DNA of 64,000 nt from Camelus dromedarius (Eukaryota): NCBI RefSeq assembly GCF_036321535.1, contig NC_087437.1, forward strand, positions 8,246,001 through 8,310,000, given 5' to 3'. The position numbers and the translations under genes are program-made. The notes beneath the pieces are model-generated. The model made no database searches. It saw only the letters and a program-made list of their open reading frames with translations, and was not told the DNA's origin. Positions within the stretch are counted from its first letter, which is position 1; every line of letters starts with the position of its first letter. Positions 48,498 through 61,540 of this stretch are shown here, in pieces.

Positions 48498-50130
48498 TAA
48501 GAAGGACATACATTTATTTTGCAAGCCTTCAGCCAGAGGTCAGCTTCAGACCAGATCAGAGGGTATGACCAGTACACTGTAAGTACTAAATAAATGTTGA
48601 GTGCAGGGGTGAATGCCATCTGTAAGTGAAGGGTGATACTGCACCCTGAAATTCTAAGATATGGTGTCCCCGGGCCAAGGAGACATTCCCATTGCTGGGG
48701 GATTGGAGTTCCCTGTGAGTGAGAGCAATCGACTTGGTCTCTGGGAGTCCTTCATTTCTGACAGCAGAGAGCAAATTCTAACGTTTGCAAAGGGCTGCTG
48801 GTTCCGCAGCACACAGAGGCCTAGGGGCTTAGTTCTTTTGGTCAGAAGTTCTCATCTTAGCTCTCTGAGGGTTGCTCTTTGCTACATTTTTTTTTTTTTT
48901 AAATAGTGCTTTATAATTCCTAAACATGTCCGTTTACTTTTCAGACTACCAAAGTAATGTATAGTTACCGTAGAAATTTGGGGAAATGAAATAAAGGACA
49001 ACGGGGGAAAAAAAAAAAGAAAAACTGCTTATAATTCTACCACCCAGAGAAATTTACTGTTAATGTTTTGGTAAATAGCCTTCTAGTATTTTTTTCTGTG
49101 TGTTTGTATAAATACAAAAGTTGGCTCATGCTGTTTGTAATTTAATTACTTGCCTTTTTAACTTAATACAGTCTGATTTTTTAAAATATGATTTTTGATG
49201 GTTCTTGGAAGTTTTGTTGTGTAAATGGAAAATAATTTATTAAGCCAATACCGCATTTTGGGACATTTAGGCATTTTTTGTAAGTAAGTGTCCATATGTA
49301 AGTATATGCTTGCAGACATATTTAAGATTTTGTTATTCACTGCCAAATACTGTAACAACTTCTTTTCTTTAGCAGCATTTCAGGGGGCTCAGGAAAGGAG
49401 TTGATAACTGAAAATTTTTTTTTTTAACCCCTTTCCTAGTTAACAAATCATGCGTGTTTGTATTTATTTGAATATTGTGAGGTTTGACTTTTTTCCCTTG
49501 TTGACACTTTGTTCATTCCTTGTTCATTTTTTTTGAACTGCCACTTCATTGCATTTTGCCTCTTTTTCTATTGAAATGTATTAAATTCTTTTTTGTTTTT
49601 CATATAAGTCCTCATATGACTAGAAGGCTTTTCCTCCTCCAGTGTTGGATAGTTAACCTATTTATTTTCTTCTCGTTCTTCGGGGTGCATCTATGATTGT
49701 TACAATAAAACTCACTAGAGAGAGCTTGGGGGATTGTTCTACTGAGGGCTTGAGTGTCAGCTGTCCTAGGCTGGAACCGCATCGCAGAGATGAAGTCCCA
49801 GCCGTGCTTCTTAAATGACTTGTCTGCTGTCCCCTTTCAGGCCTATGGCAGTTATTGCTTGGAAAATAAGTTTTTGCTGAAAGAGGAGGCAGGACACTGA
49901 AGTCCAAGTCATTTTCTCCAAACTCTGAAATAGGCACTGTAAGGAAAATTGTTACAGATAAGTGACTATGTACCCTGTAGAGCTATGTAAACACAGCTTA
50001 AAGTATGTAAATGAATGTCCTGTGAAGCATTACTATCACTGAAACAGCCACAGTTGTGATGGTCTGGAAGTTTTTTGCCTGTCAAGTGGGTGTTTCATTT
50101 CCTCAACATCAGGGTTCTAATTGGTGTATG

Positions 50131-50152
<22 letters not shown>

Positions 50153-50168
<16 letters not shown>

Positions 50169-50257
50169 CTCCTCCTTTATGGCGGCACTGTGGATTGATC
50201 CCAGGACCTCAGGCATGCTAAGCATGTGCTCTACCACTGAGCTATAACCCTGCCCCT
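50153..50257 (-). mobile_element. tRNA-Ala-derived SINE with (TA)n next to its tail
   Basis: cccaggacctcaggcatgctaagcatgtgctctaccactgagcta. Confidence 0.85.
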
Positions 50258-50623
50258 AATTGCTCTATTTTTTGACAAACTTTTCTTTCAGAATTTAGAT
50301 CCATGTCAGTTTTTGATTTGTTAGGACTTCTAGAGGCCCCCTCTCCACTTTGGGAGAAATTGTGTAGTTGGATGCAAAATTAAATGTTATTTTTACTTAA
50401 TAGCCTCTTAAGAAACTTTGTAATCATATGTATGTTTTCCTAGGATTTTTTTTTTTTTATGTTGAATTGCTTCCCATTTGCACAGTGTGATTTTTGATGT
50501 TTCTGAGCTTCTTGGAAGGGTTTCATGCGAATCCTTCCTGGGATAGGAGAGCTTGGATGTGAGCTCGGCGTGAAGGCGTGCCCAGCGGGCACGACAGGTC
50601 TTTGAGATACAAGGCCCATCTGA

Positions 50624-50869
<246 letters not shown>

Positions 50870-52430
50870 TAGGGTCTGTGGATACCATTGCCTCGGTGCC
50901 GTGGTTTATCTAGGTTTCTTCTTTGAAGGTATCCTTCATCTCCTCTCTAAGTCACCACTTCTAAGAGGGTCAGCACATGCTAAATTGGTGTGAAATACAA
51001 GACTTGTAAACTATGATGCGCATCTTAATTTTGCCTTCAAGGCCTTTTACACTCTGGCCTTAAGCATCCTTTGCAAACTCACCTCTTTATTTCCCTTTCT
51101 CAACTCGTCTCCAAAGGCTGTTACTGTTGCTTCAGCCCTCTTGCTTGGTGTCTTCATCCATCACTCACTTGCTCTCCCAGCACGCACGTGCGCGCGTGCA
51201 CACACACACTGGACCACACACCTGCCTTCCTTTCCTCTTCGAACTTCTCAAGCACTAGGTGAGCCACGCATTTGAATTTCAGTTACTCATCACCTGACAT
51301 TTACCTTAGTGTGCATCAGTCTCTCCTTTTGCGTTGCACGTTCCGAAAGCTTATCCTTCCTGATATTAAGCGATTTGTTATCTGATTCCTGGAGTGAGGT
51401 CTTTTATGCACATGAACTGAAAGAGAAGCAGTCAAGGGAACAATTGATAGAGAAATGTAGAAATTGCCACGTAGTCAAGACAGCAAAAAGAAACACAGAA
51501 AGTGCATAATTGGGGCGTGCACACTGGCTGTCTGTGAAACCAGTGAACTTCATGCCTTAAGCCCAGGACCACCCCCACCCCAGTTCTTTGGAATTCAAAA
51601 CCTGGGAATTTGCCCTGTGGTCCCTCATCAGTTCTACTTTTTACTTCTGCTATTCATTCTCGTGGGCTTTTCTCTAGCCAGTGACCAAAAAGACATTTGC
51701 CTTCAGCCTGTCTGTGTCTTCTGGTTTCTGCTCATGTCCTTGATCCCATTTCTTAGTGGCTTGTCAGATGTCAGTGACGTCGCAGCCGTGAAGCTCCTTA
51801 CGCCATGTCTGGTGCAGGGTAGGTGCTCCGTGAGGATTTTCCTTCTCCTTAAAGTAGTTCAGACTTGTTCTTACACTTCCCGCGGAAGTGAGCAAAGGGC
51901 TCTTGCTAAATTAGAAAATAAAAGCAGCCTGTGTTGTTTCTCGGTCAAAGATGTCAGCCTGAAACAGAATTCCACGTCAGGTGCTTGGAGAGTCAGTGGG
52001 AGCACTGCAGGCCCCTCTCCCTCCTTGTCTCTCAGGAAAGGCTCCCTTGCTCATTGTCCTCCAGGGGCTTAAGGAGCAGGTCTGAACTCACAGCCCGTTG
52101 TTCACATCTGGGGCTGCCGTCCAACCACAGCCGCCCCTGCTGCGCCCACTCCTCCGGCAGCCCCGGCCCATCTCTGCGGTAGAAGCTGAGAGCAGGATCC
52201 CCCGCAGGGTCTGCAGGTTCAGAGTCCACACCGCTGGCTCTTCCTGCATCGAGGGGGGCGCCTCCACACGAGCTGCGTTGGATGGCAGCGCCCAGTTTTT
52301 AGCAGGCAGCGCTCCGTCCCCTTCCCCGCTCTCTCGCCTTTTGGGTGTCTTCCCCATTCTCCCCTCTGTTCTTCTCTAACACACCCTAGAATGGATGATG
52401 CTGGCTTGCAGCTGTTAACCTAGTTCTTTT

Positions 52431-52687
52431 TTTTTTTTTTTAAATCCAGTCATTTATTTTAAAGTATAAATTTCAGGCTTGCTGGACAAAATCCCACTAC
52501 AGTTAACTTTTATACAGACACTACTCTACTGTGCAATTAAAAAAGAAAAGCCCACAGAAACCTTCAAAACCTAATTTTAAAAAAAGGGCAACTTGCTATA
52601 GCCCGGTTTATATTAGACATTAGGAAAGTCTTCTACTGTCTTCTTATTTACAGTTTCACCTGCAATAAAGAAAAGTCAGGAGGCAGT
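52431..52687 (-). pseudogene. 5'-truncated processed retrocopy of a cellular mRNA 3' end
   Basis: poly-T 52427-52441, minus-strand AATAAA 52453-52458, direct repeat ttaa(c/t)ctagttctttt 52415-52430 / 52688-52703; body unlike any repeat I recognise. Confidence 0.75.
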
Positions 52688-53629
52688 TTAATCTAGTTCT
52701 TTTAAAAGAACTCTGAAGCCACCATAATAAGATACGCGAGTTCACACATTGTTTTTTTCTCCAGAGTTCAGATGATTTTTACAGGTGTCGTTTATTCCAA
52801 CTTTGGAAACGTGCCGGAGGAAGGTAGGGACCAATGGTGGTAGGAGACACACTGTAAATATAGGGAGGTCCTCCCCCGCCCTGAACGCGAACAAGAGCAG
52901 AGAGCTGTGCTTGTGGGGAGTGGAGGGGATCCGAGTGCAGGTGCCCCAGTAGAGCTGCTGGGGGAAGGCGGGTGGGGTGCTGTTGGTGCGCATGGCTCCA
53001 AGGAAAGGTGGGACTCCTGAGAAAGTGGGAACAGGCCGTGAGCAGCAGTGAGGGTGTATGTGCGGGGGCTGGGAGGCGGGGTAATTCTTAAATCTTAGTT
53101 CACGTGTGGGACCACAAGAGACTGGGTGTGAAGGAGCCAAAGTCAGGGTGAGGGAAAGCAGTGGGGGTTTTTTGTAGGACGACACGCTGAGGCTTGGTGA
53201 CGTGTTAAAGGTGGGGGAGTCCCCCCAGTTTTCTGTTTGGGAAGACCAAGACTGACAGCAGTGGAATGAGAGGCGGATTTGAGGAGAGAAAGATGACATG
53301 ATGACGAAGTAAAGACATTTTCTGGGGAGGTGAAGAGACTGGAACAGAAGTAAAATGTCTCTTTTCTCCAAAGTGATCCTTGGAGGCGCAGTGAGGTTGG
53401 AAGCCCCTGCTCCCATTACCAGTCACTTCCCAGGGGCTCTGGGAGGGGTAGGGAAGCCACCTGCTGGGTACTCACAGTAGAGAGCATCCTTGGTGAAGTG
53501 AAACAACCTTAAAAATTATATTTGAAACTGTATTTTCTGAAGGCGTCCATTTAAGAGGTTGCCATTGGGATTCTTTTTTGAGAAGACTTGGACTTTCAAA
53601 TAAATGCAAATCACCCATCGAGATCTGTC

Positions 53630-54112
53630 CTGTCCAAAGTGGCAGCCGCTGGGGGGAGGGTGCAGCTCAGTGGTAGACTCTGTGCTTAGCATACACAGGG
53701 TCCTGGGTTCACTCCCCAGTACCTCCATTAAAAAAAAAGCAAAACACCTAATTACTGCCCCCCTCCAAAAAAAAAAAAAAAACCCAAAACAAAACAAAAA
53801 CCAAAAACACACAGAAAAATAAAGCGGCAGCTGCTAGCCACATGTGCTGGTTGAGTGCTTGATATGTGGCCAGTCGAAATTGAGATGCACCGTAAGTGTA
53901 AAAAGTACATTCCAATTTTGAAGATCTAGTATGAATAAAAGCATGCGAAATATTTCATAATTTTTTCTATTGATTATATGCAGAAATGATAATATTTTGG
54001 ATATATTGGATTAAATACAAATATATTGCTAAAATCAACTTAAAAAAAGGGGGAGGCTACTGGAAAATTTAAAATTACACGAGTGGTTTGTATTATATTT
54101 GGACAGCCCTGG
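53630..54112 (-). mobile_element. MER33-like DNA transposon with nested tRNA-SINE (53651-53820, plus)
   Basis: ctagccacatgtg...aattgagatgcaccgtaagtgtaaaa...; SINE TSD aaag(t/c)ggcagc(c/t)gct 53636-53650 / 53821-53835. Confidence 0.8.
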
Positions 54113-54516
54113 GTAGATTTACCAGGAACATACTTTTGCCGGTCCTATTCATTTTATTCAGTTCTTTGTTTAGTTGTTAGGATTGTGTATTCACATGGTA
54201 GCCTTTACCAGCCTTCTGTTTGAAATCAGGTAGTTAGGAGCTGGCATTTTTTGTTTTCCTTCATGAAGTCAATGAATGACTGCTACTGTTGTGGTTTTTT
54301 TTTTTTTTTTCCAAAATTCAGTTGTGAGATGGTTAATTTCAGGATGGTGACTTCTGAGTATTTTTTTTTTCTTTCCCTTTATAAAGGTAAAACTGCACCA
54401 TTCTGGAAACAGTTAACTCAGGACGTTAGGAATTATTTTTCAAAACAGTCACCTCTCAAAATTCCCTCACTGGTCCTGGCAGCTCACACCATGGCTGTGT
54501 TGCTCTTTAGAGCTGC

Positions 54517-54760
54517 GTTTTTGTTTTTGTTTTTATTGACGTGTAGTTGATTTACAATGTTGTGTTAGTTTCAGGGGTACAGCAGAGTGCTTCAGTTATA
54601 TATATGTGTGTGTATGTGTGTGTGTGTGTGTATATATATATTCTTTTTCAGATTCGTTCCCATTATAGGTCATTACAAAAAATTGAACATAGTCCCCAGT
54701 GCTGTACAGTAGGTCCCTGTTGCTTATCTGTTTTATATGCAGTGGTGCGTATCTGTTAAT
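54517..54760 (-). mobile_element. L1 3'UTR fragment with (TG)n/(TA)n
   Basis: ttttattgacgtgtagttgatttacaatgttgtgttagtttcaggggtacagc. Confidence 0.8.
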
Positions 54761-55239
54761 AAAGCTGCCTTTTGGGGCTCGGAGCCTTGGAACCCGTGAT
54801 CACTAGTAAGGCCACCCTCCCAGGCTTCGGGGTCCTTCTGAGTTCCACCCCTCCAGGGTAAGGGGTGGCTCCTGTCCTGGGACGTGATGGTGCTTGGGCA
54901 GCTGGGCCGTGTCCTGCAGCCGGGGCCGGGGCTCCTCGGGGAGCAGGGCAGGGTAACTGGTGCTTATGCAGAAGAGGACGGTGGATCCTAGGGACAGTGT
55001 GTTCTCTCAATACTGCCTTTTTCTGGGTGGCAGGGGACAAGTATTTGGCAACAGCTGTGTGACGGACAAGAAATGTGCACGGTAGAGCAGCCTTTCGCGT
55101 CTTACCTCCCAGATAGCAGTCACCTTTTCCTTCCTTTTTGTTCTGAGAGACTTTATGTTGTTGGGAAGACGACTCCTTAGGAGGACTGACTGGGCACAGC
55201 CTTCTGCCACTGAACCTGTTTTCTTCTTGTGCTTTCCAG

Positions 55240-55354
55240 ATCATCAAGAAGCTGATAGAAAGAAAACAAGCCCAGATTCGGAAGGTCTACCCTGGACTTT
55301 CCTGTTTTAAAGACGGAGTTCGGCAGATTCCAATAGAAAGCATCCCGGGAATTC
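55240..55354 (+). CDS. KAT2B: KAT2B exon 14, 115 nt
   Basis: ttccag|ATC ATC AAG...ATT C|gtatgt; [38 protein letters not shown]. Confidence 0.95.
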
Positions 55355-55422
55355 GTATGTACCCATCTTCTTTTAAAAGCAAAACCTTTTGGTACTGAAG
55401 TGAGATGTGTTTGAAACAAGCT

Positions 55423-55550
55423 TTTTTGGTTTTATTTTTTTGGTGGGGGGTAGTTCGGTTTATTTATTTATTAATGGAAGTACTGGGGATTGAACCCAGG
55501 ACCTCGTGCACGCTAAGCATGCGCTCTACCACTGAGCTCTAACTTTCCCC
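55423..55550 (-). mobile_element. tRNA-Ala-derived SINE, ~70 nt downstream of exon 14
   Basis: tactggggattgaacccaggacctcgtgcacgctaagcatgcgctctaccactgagct. Confidence 0.9.
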
Positions 55551-56172
55551 CATTTTTACACACATACACACAAAAGGAATCACAAAAGAAATCACATCAC
55601 CTCAATTTTAGAGTTCTGTTTAATAGATCGGTAAACTGAGAGGCAAAGGTCGAATGACTTATTTAGAGTAAGTTAGCTTTTAAGGAGAGAACAAGAAATC
55701 AAGTCCAGGTCTGTTGGACTCCAGGCTGTGTCTTCTTTCTGCAACACTAAACCATCTTGCATTATAAGCAGGGTCTTCGCCAAATAAAATAGAAACCAGG
55801 ACAGAGTTGGTTTCCAACCTAAAATAACAGCTTAACGCTTCAACATGGTGATTAGCAAAAAATGTGACTTAGGGTTTTAAAAATATCCATGCCCACAGTA
55901 CCAGACGTGTGTTTTTTTAAGCTCTCCTCTGAAAGGTTGGAGTTCCTGCTTTAGAAAACACTACCAGAGCGTTGTCAGTCTTGGAAACGTTTCCTGTTGT
56001 TAGCTGTGTGAGGGAGTAAATGAAATGTAGTTCCTTCCATTCAGTCTCTTTTCAGAAATGGACTTGCCTTGAGTCATGGCTGTAATTCATTGCATTTTTG
56101 ATAAATATTAACTGTGTTATTCTCTTGACTAAAAGCAGTTCTCATTCGTTGTTCAATTTCATTGATATATAG

Positions 56173-56209
56173 GAGAGACAGGCTGGAAACCGAGTGGAAA
56201 AGAGAAAAG
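56173..56209 (+). CDS. KAT2B: KAT2B exon 15, 37 nt
   Basis: atatag|GA GAG ACA...AAA AG|gtaagt; RETGWKPSGKEKS. Confidence 0.93.
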
Positions 56210-56457
56210 GTAAGTATGTTCCTGGGCCAGAGGATATTAGTGGAAGTGGGTTTTTTTTGCCCCCCACCAGTGAACTGGAGAAAACAGGCAAACTGACTGT
56301 AATCACCATTACAACACGTCTTAGGTTTCAGTTTTCATAAAAATTTCTGGAATGGATCCAGATCTGTTTCTGTGAAAATGAGCTGGATGGGAATCCCCCA
56401 GCCACAGGGTAAAAAAACTAATCATTGCTCCTTCTTGTTTCCTCTTTTCCTTTCAAG

Positions 56458-56521
56458 TAAAGAGCCCAGAGACCCTGACCAGCTCTACAGCACCCTGAAG
56501 AGCATCCTCCAGCAGGTGAAG
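56458..56521 (+). CDS. KAT2B: KAT2B exon 16 (bromodomain start), 64 nt
   Basis: ttcaag|T AAA GAG...GTG AAG|gtgggt; KEPRDPDQLYSTLKSILQQVK. Confidence 0.94.
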
Positions 56522-56619
56522 GTGGGTGTGTGCTTTCCCTTCACCTCACGCAAGTATTTTGCAGTGATTTCCCACGTGGAATTTCCAGATTAGATACCTT
56601 ACTTTTTTCTTTACTCAAG

Positions 56620-56704
56620 AGCCATCAGAGCGCTTGGCCCTTCATGGAACCTGTGAAGAGAACAGAAGCTCCGGGATACTATGAAGTTATAAGGTTCCCC
56701 ATGG
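56620..56704 (+). CDS. KAT2B: KAT2B exon 17 (bromodomain WPF shelf/ZA loop), 85 nt
   Basis: ctcaag|AGC CAT...ATG G|gtaat; SHQSAWPFMEPVKRTEAPGYYEVIRFPM. Confidence 0.95.
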
Positions 56705-57286
56705 GTAATGCCATTAACCTTTTCTAAGTATAGATTTAAAGCTCTCTGGATGGCGGTGTGGGGGACAAACGGTTGCTGAGGTTGGTTTGTGCTCGCCTGT
56801 GGTAGGGTAGGGTGCGTCTGGTGGGCAGTGGGATCCACGTGCCTACGGAGGGCCAGCGCGCCAGAGCAGGCTGACAAAGGAGCAGGGGGTGGCCGTGTTC
56901 ATAGAGACGGCCTGCCCCTGTCCTGCCGAGCCCCGCACCACCAACCCTACATGCAGAAAGCCTGGGCTTGGGGGAACCTCAAAAGGGGAGAACTGTGGAA
57001 TTTGCTGTTAAGTCTGCACCATGCTAAAATAGATGATTAATTGGCTCAATTGAGAAGCCCCAAATTGAACCAGTTTGCCATTGTGCAGACCATGCGGTTG
57101 AATTCCGAAGGGAAGGGTGACGTGGGATTCAGGATTTCCCACGGTGTGAAAAATGAGCCATGTCAGCCGGGCAGTAGTAGTGATGGCTCCTCCTCTTCCC
57201 ACCTCTGCCGCCACACCCCCAACCTTGGTCAGCTGGTGTTTAAAGGGAGTCAGAGATGGCTAATGTTTTTGTTTTTTCCTGTGCAG

Positions 57287-57480
57287 ATCTGAAAACCATG
57301 AGCGAACGCCTCAAGAACAGGTACTACGTGTCTAAGAAGTTATTCATGGCAGACTTACAGCGAGTCTTCACCAACTGCAAAGAGTACAACCCCCCTGAGA
57401 GTGAATACTACAAATGTGCCAACATCCTGGAGAAATTCTTCTTCAGTAAGATTAAGGAAGCTGGATTAATTGACAAGTGA
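57287..57480 (+). CDS. KAT2B: KAT2B exon 18 coding part (bromodomain end, TGA 57478-57480)
   Basis: gtgcag|AT CTG AAA...[73 protein letters not shown]. Confidence 0.97.
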
Positions 57481-59270
57481 TATTTTCCCCCCTCTGCTTC
57501 TTAGAAACTCATCAAGCAGTGTGCCTAAAGCATGGTTTAGTTTTACAAAGAATTGGACGTAATGTGTTGAAGATACCTGTAAATGTAATAATTAGCACTT
57601 TTCAAACTACAAACAAAAAAGCCTCCTCTTAGCCTTTCAGATATGTATTTAAATTGGAGTCATAGAACATTTTTATTTTATGGAATAGATTTTAATCTAT
57701 TTACTACTATTAATGTAAATTGTCTATGGCATGTCCATTAGCTGAATATTCCATCATAGATGATCAGGGGTTTCCTCAAAACTTGTATATGAGGAAATTG
57801 CACATAGTACCGAGATTTGGGGGAATGCAGAAAATTTTCAGACCGTGAATGTTTCCATTTTTTTCTAACAAAATGTGAGAGTTTATTTTTATTTTATTCT
57901 GAAGGACTTTAAGGAAGGGATACATGATAAAAAGCCCGCAGAAAGTGAAATATGTGACGTTCGAAGTCTCCTGGTAGACTTTTTATATATATTTTTAAAC
58001 ACTCATCTAGATGAGGTGCTTTGAGCAGTTCTGAAAAATACAGTTCCAGAAAAGCAACTGCTTTGATTCCTAAGGAAAAAATTCTAAATAATGCAAACTT
58101 TTTTATAAGCATCTGGGTTTTTGATAATTCTATCTACCTGCAACAAACTTGTGAGTGCATAACCACTATTTTAATAATTATTTCCTCTACACAAATGTGT
58201 AATATTATATTTGACTTTGCTTATGCAGGCCATAAGTTCCCAAAGGCAATTTCCCGGGCCACAAAAGCATACGTTTGAAAACACTTGAGATTGAATCAAC
58301 ATGCTTTAATAGGAAAAAATGTATTATCTATATATATGTATCAAATTTAGTGAATCCTTGTTCTAATAAGGATTTTCCCTTTTCTGTGCTACACAACCCC
58401 ACTGATAACGTATTTATGAACCTTTTTCCTTCTGCACCTCCAGATTACGTTCATTGTCTGAGGTCGATCAGATTACCACCCATATTTGCTGTCAGTATTT
58501 TAACACCTCCATTGGTATCTAGACCCAGGGTGATATCCCACAAAAATCCATCATACAGCCTTATTAACCTGACTTGGGGTTCCAGCTTAATGCTTGGATT
58601 TATTTCCTGATTAACACTACATTGAAAAGTGGGACGTCTGTCATCCCAGCTCTGGGAGAGAACCAACTCGTATAAAACAAACGAAGGCCATCTTGATGGT
58701 CTCGACACTAATTTTTATGATACAAATTTATAAACTGATTTTTGTAAAGGACTAGGTTTTAAAAGTGTATTTAACTTGATGTTTTCTATCACCATAAACG
58801 ACTTAAAATGATCATTTAATAGTCATTAAACACAGTTGCCAGAGATAATCTGCTTGAAGGAAAAAAGAAAAAACCCTGCAGATGGCAGATGGCTGAAGCT
58901 GGAAGTATTGTTTCTCGTACGTAGGGGATATTCAGAATGCTCACAATGAGAAATGCCTCAACTTTTTTAAGTATAAGAAACCACCTTGAGTGGCATCTAG
59001 ATTTCTAATGAAGAATGGTGATACAGTTTGGATTAAGTATCTTGGACTGGGTTTAAACAGTGCTTTGTACTGGGTCTCCCGAAGCATCTGTCCAGCTTGG
59101 TAATCCTGTGAAAGTTTGTTATTTTCTGGGTAGACATTCTTATAGAGTATTGTCTTTAAAATCAGATTGTCTCTTCTATATTGAAAGCATTTTTATGTTT
59201 TCTAATTTAAAAATTAATATTTTCTTATAGATATTGTGCAATAAAGCTGAAGTAGGCTGTGTGGTTTTTG
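57481..59270 (+). other. KAT2B: KAT2B 3'UTR (end approximate, could extend to ~59360)
   Basis: AT-rich, no recognisable interspersed repeat after the stop codon; ends near AATAAA followed by a GT/T-rich tract. Confidence 0.75.
59240..59245 (+). terminator. candidate polyadenylation signal
   Basis: AATAAA at 59240-59245 followed by gtgtggtttttg about 15 nt downstream. Confidence 0.6.
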
Positions 59271-61540
59271 CAAATGCTTTAACAGCAGATAAAATTTTAC
59301 ATTTGTAAAATTAATATATTGTACTGGTACAAAATAGTTTTAAATTATATTTTAAAAAGCTCTCAATCTGGTGGTGTGTTTTCTTCGCCTAGCAGATTAA
59401 CAGGGCAGATGTACCATCTGGTTGATGACCAATAACTCCTTCCTTAAATCTTAGGCCTTAAGCATTTTGAGGAGGATGTTTAGAATTGCTGCATTTGTGG
59501 GAAGTTTCATAACAACTCCCAGCCCGTCAGTGAGAGATTTTCAAGAGGAGAGAGGAGACTTACTGTTTCTCCTGGGTGGTCCACTGCGTCTTGCCAGTTG
59601 TCACTCACTAAACAAAGAAAAAAAATTCAGCTAAAGAAGTCTTAAACGGGTTTTAGAAACTGAGCTTCCTACCCCCACCCCCACCTCAGATACTGTGCGT
59701 CTGAAACAGAGGGAGGAGGGGAGACCTGAACATACAGCTGATGTTCAGACATCTCCCGTGTGAGCTCCCAGTGTTACTCACAGTGCTGAGTGTAGGAAAG
59801 GATTCTGTCCTGTTAGGTGGGTGTGTACCCACTCAGGAGCATCCCTCTTCCTTTCTCAATTCTGAGCCAGCTAAGAAGTCAAAAGAGGAAGGCACACGAT
59901 GGACAAAATACCCTTATTAGCAATAGAACGGGTATTGGAGAATGTGACTGACGGATCTGGAAAGTGGGCTTCCTAACGCTGAACCCCAGGATGCGACTGA
60001 CTTGACTTGCCAGCTGCCAGCAGCTCTGCACCCCTGGGTCCCCCCTCCAAAGGCAGGGCCTTTGCCACGAAGCCTAGCGCACGGCCGAGGGCAGCGGAGC
60101 TCTCGGGAGGCAGGCCCACCCCAAAGAGGCACAGGAGAAGGAGCAGAACATGTAGGCCAGCTCCTTACCTAACTCATCAGTGAGGTGAGTCCCTCCCACG
60201 GGAGCAGGCAGCAGGCAGCAGGCAGCGGCTGGTGGGTGTCTTTCAGTGGGGGTGGAGGCCACGTCTCCCTCCCACCCCACCCCATTTCTATCCTCAGTCA
60301 GAAATCTTTATAAAAATAGTAGCTTTTGATGGCTCAGCACTGGTTGTTTTCACTAGAAGAGTGAAAAGACAACTTTGTGGTTTTCACGTCATGTCTTTTC
60401 ACTCTTTTTTATTACACATACCTTCTTGCACAAATGCTCCTTCTTAGCACCCTTTCTGGATGAAGGACAGTGTACACTCCTTGGGAAGCCAGTTCACCTC
60501 ACTGTGTCTATTCCCTTGTCAGACACACACATTTTGGCTCAAAGCTGTAGTGAGAATGTTTAAATATTTATGCAGATGTTTCAAAATCTGTGTGAAACAT
60601 TATAGAATATTTACTACTACACATTTATGAATTAGAAAGGCCTTTTACCTAAAACAGTTTTTAAGTATTTTTAATAGAATGTGAAATTTAAAAATTCTGC
60701 ACAGGTACTAAGCAGGTTTGAACTAGCAGAGTTCCGTGCGGATAAGTCAATCTGTGGCTGCTACTTGGATTCATATAATCAAGCAATGTCCTTGCTCAAG
60801 AATCTACCACTTATCAAGCACTGACTAGGTGTCAGTCACTCTTCTCTAAGCATTTTACTTAAGTATATTGTCATTAAATCCTGGCAACAATTTAATGAAA
60901 ACACTGTGGTACAGAGAGGCAGTTTTCCTAAGAAGTCACATGCCAGGATTCTTGATTATGAGTCAGCGTTCTTAAACTCTGTGCGACACCAAGCACATCT
61001 ACAGCTACAGTAACTGTCCTAGTGCGTTGCATAAAGTATCCAGATATTAACTGTAGTTCCAATTCCTTTTACACTATGAATTCTTATTTCACTCCACATT
61101 TCTTGAGCGTCTCTCATGTATAAAATGATAAGGCTACAAAGGTGAGTTGCCAGCACTGAAGACTAAAGTCAATTACTGGAGATGGAATGGAAACCAGGTG
61201 ACGAGGTAATGTCTGTGAATTCAGAGGTGACATTAACGTGAAGTTGGGGTGATGGCTGCTGATGTGCTGTGGGGAGGGTCACACCTTGCAGGTTGGATGG
61301 GTCAGCAGACACCTTGCTAAGGAGGCTGTGCTTTAATAGTAGGCCCAGGAGAGCCGCTGAAACCTAGGGGGTGTGCAGGTACAAAATGAACAACGTTGTG
61401 ATGACATATTCCTGAGCCGGTCAGACATTCGATAAGCAATTACAAGTGTCAAGGGAGCTACAGTGGGACGTGGAGCTTGCAGAGGTGGCACAAAGGGTGG
61501 CTTCATTCCACATACAAGTTAAATTAAAAAGGTACTTGTT

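Noticed and set aside
51464..53416. 202-aa (+) and 224-aa (-) ORFs in intron 13
   Set aside because: No protein family features; consistent with chance ORFs.
55355..55362. U12-type intron at donor gtatgt
   Set aside because: Lacks the GTATCCTT consensus; an ordinary U2 donor.
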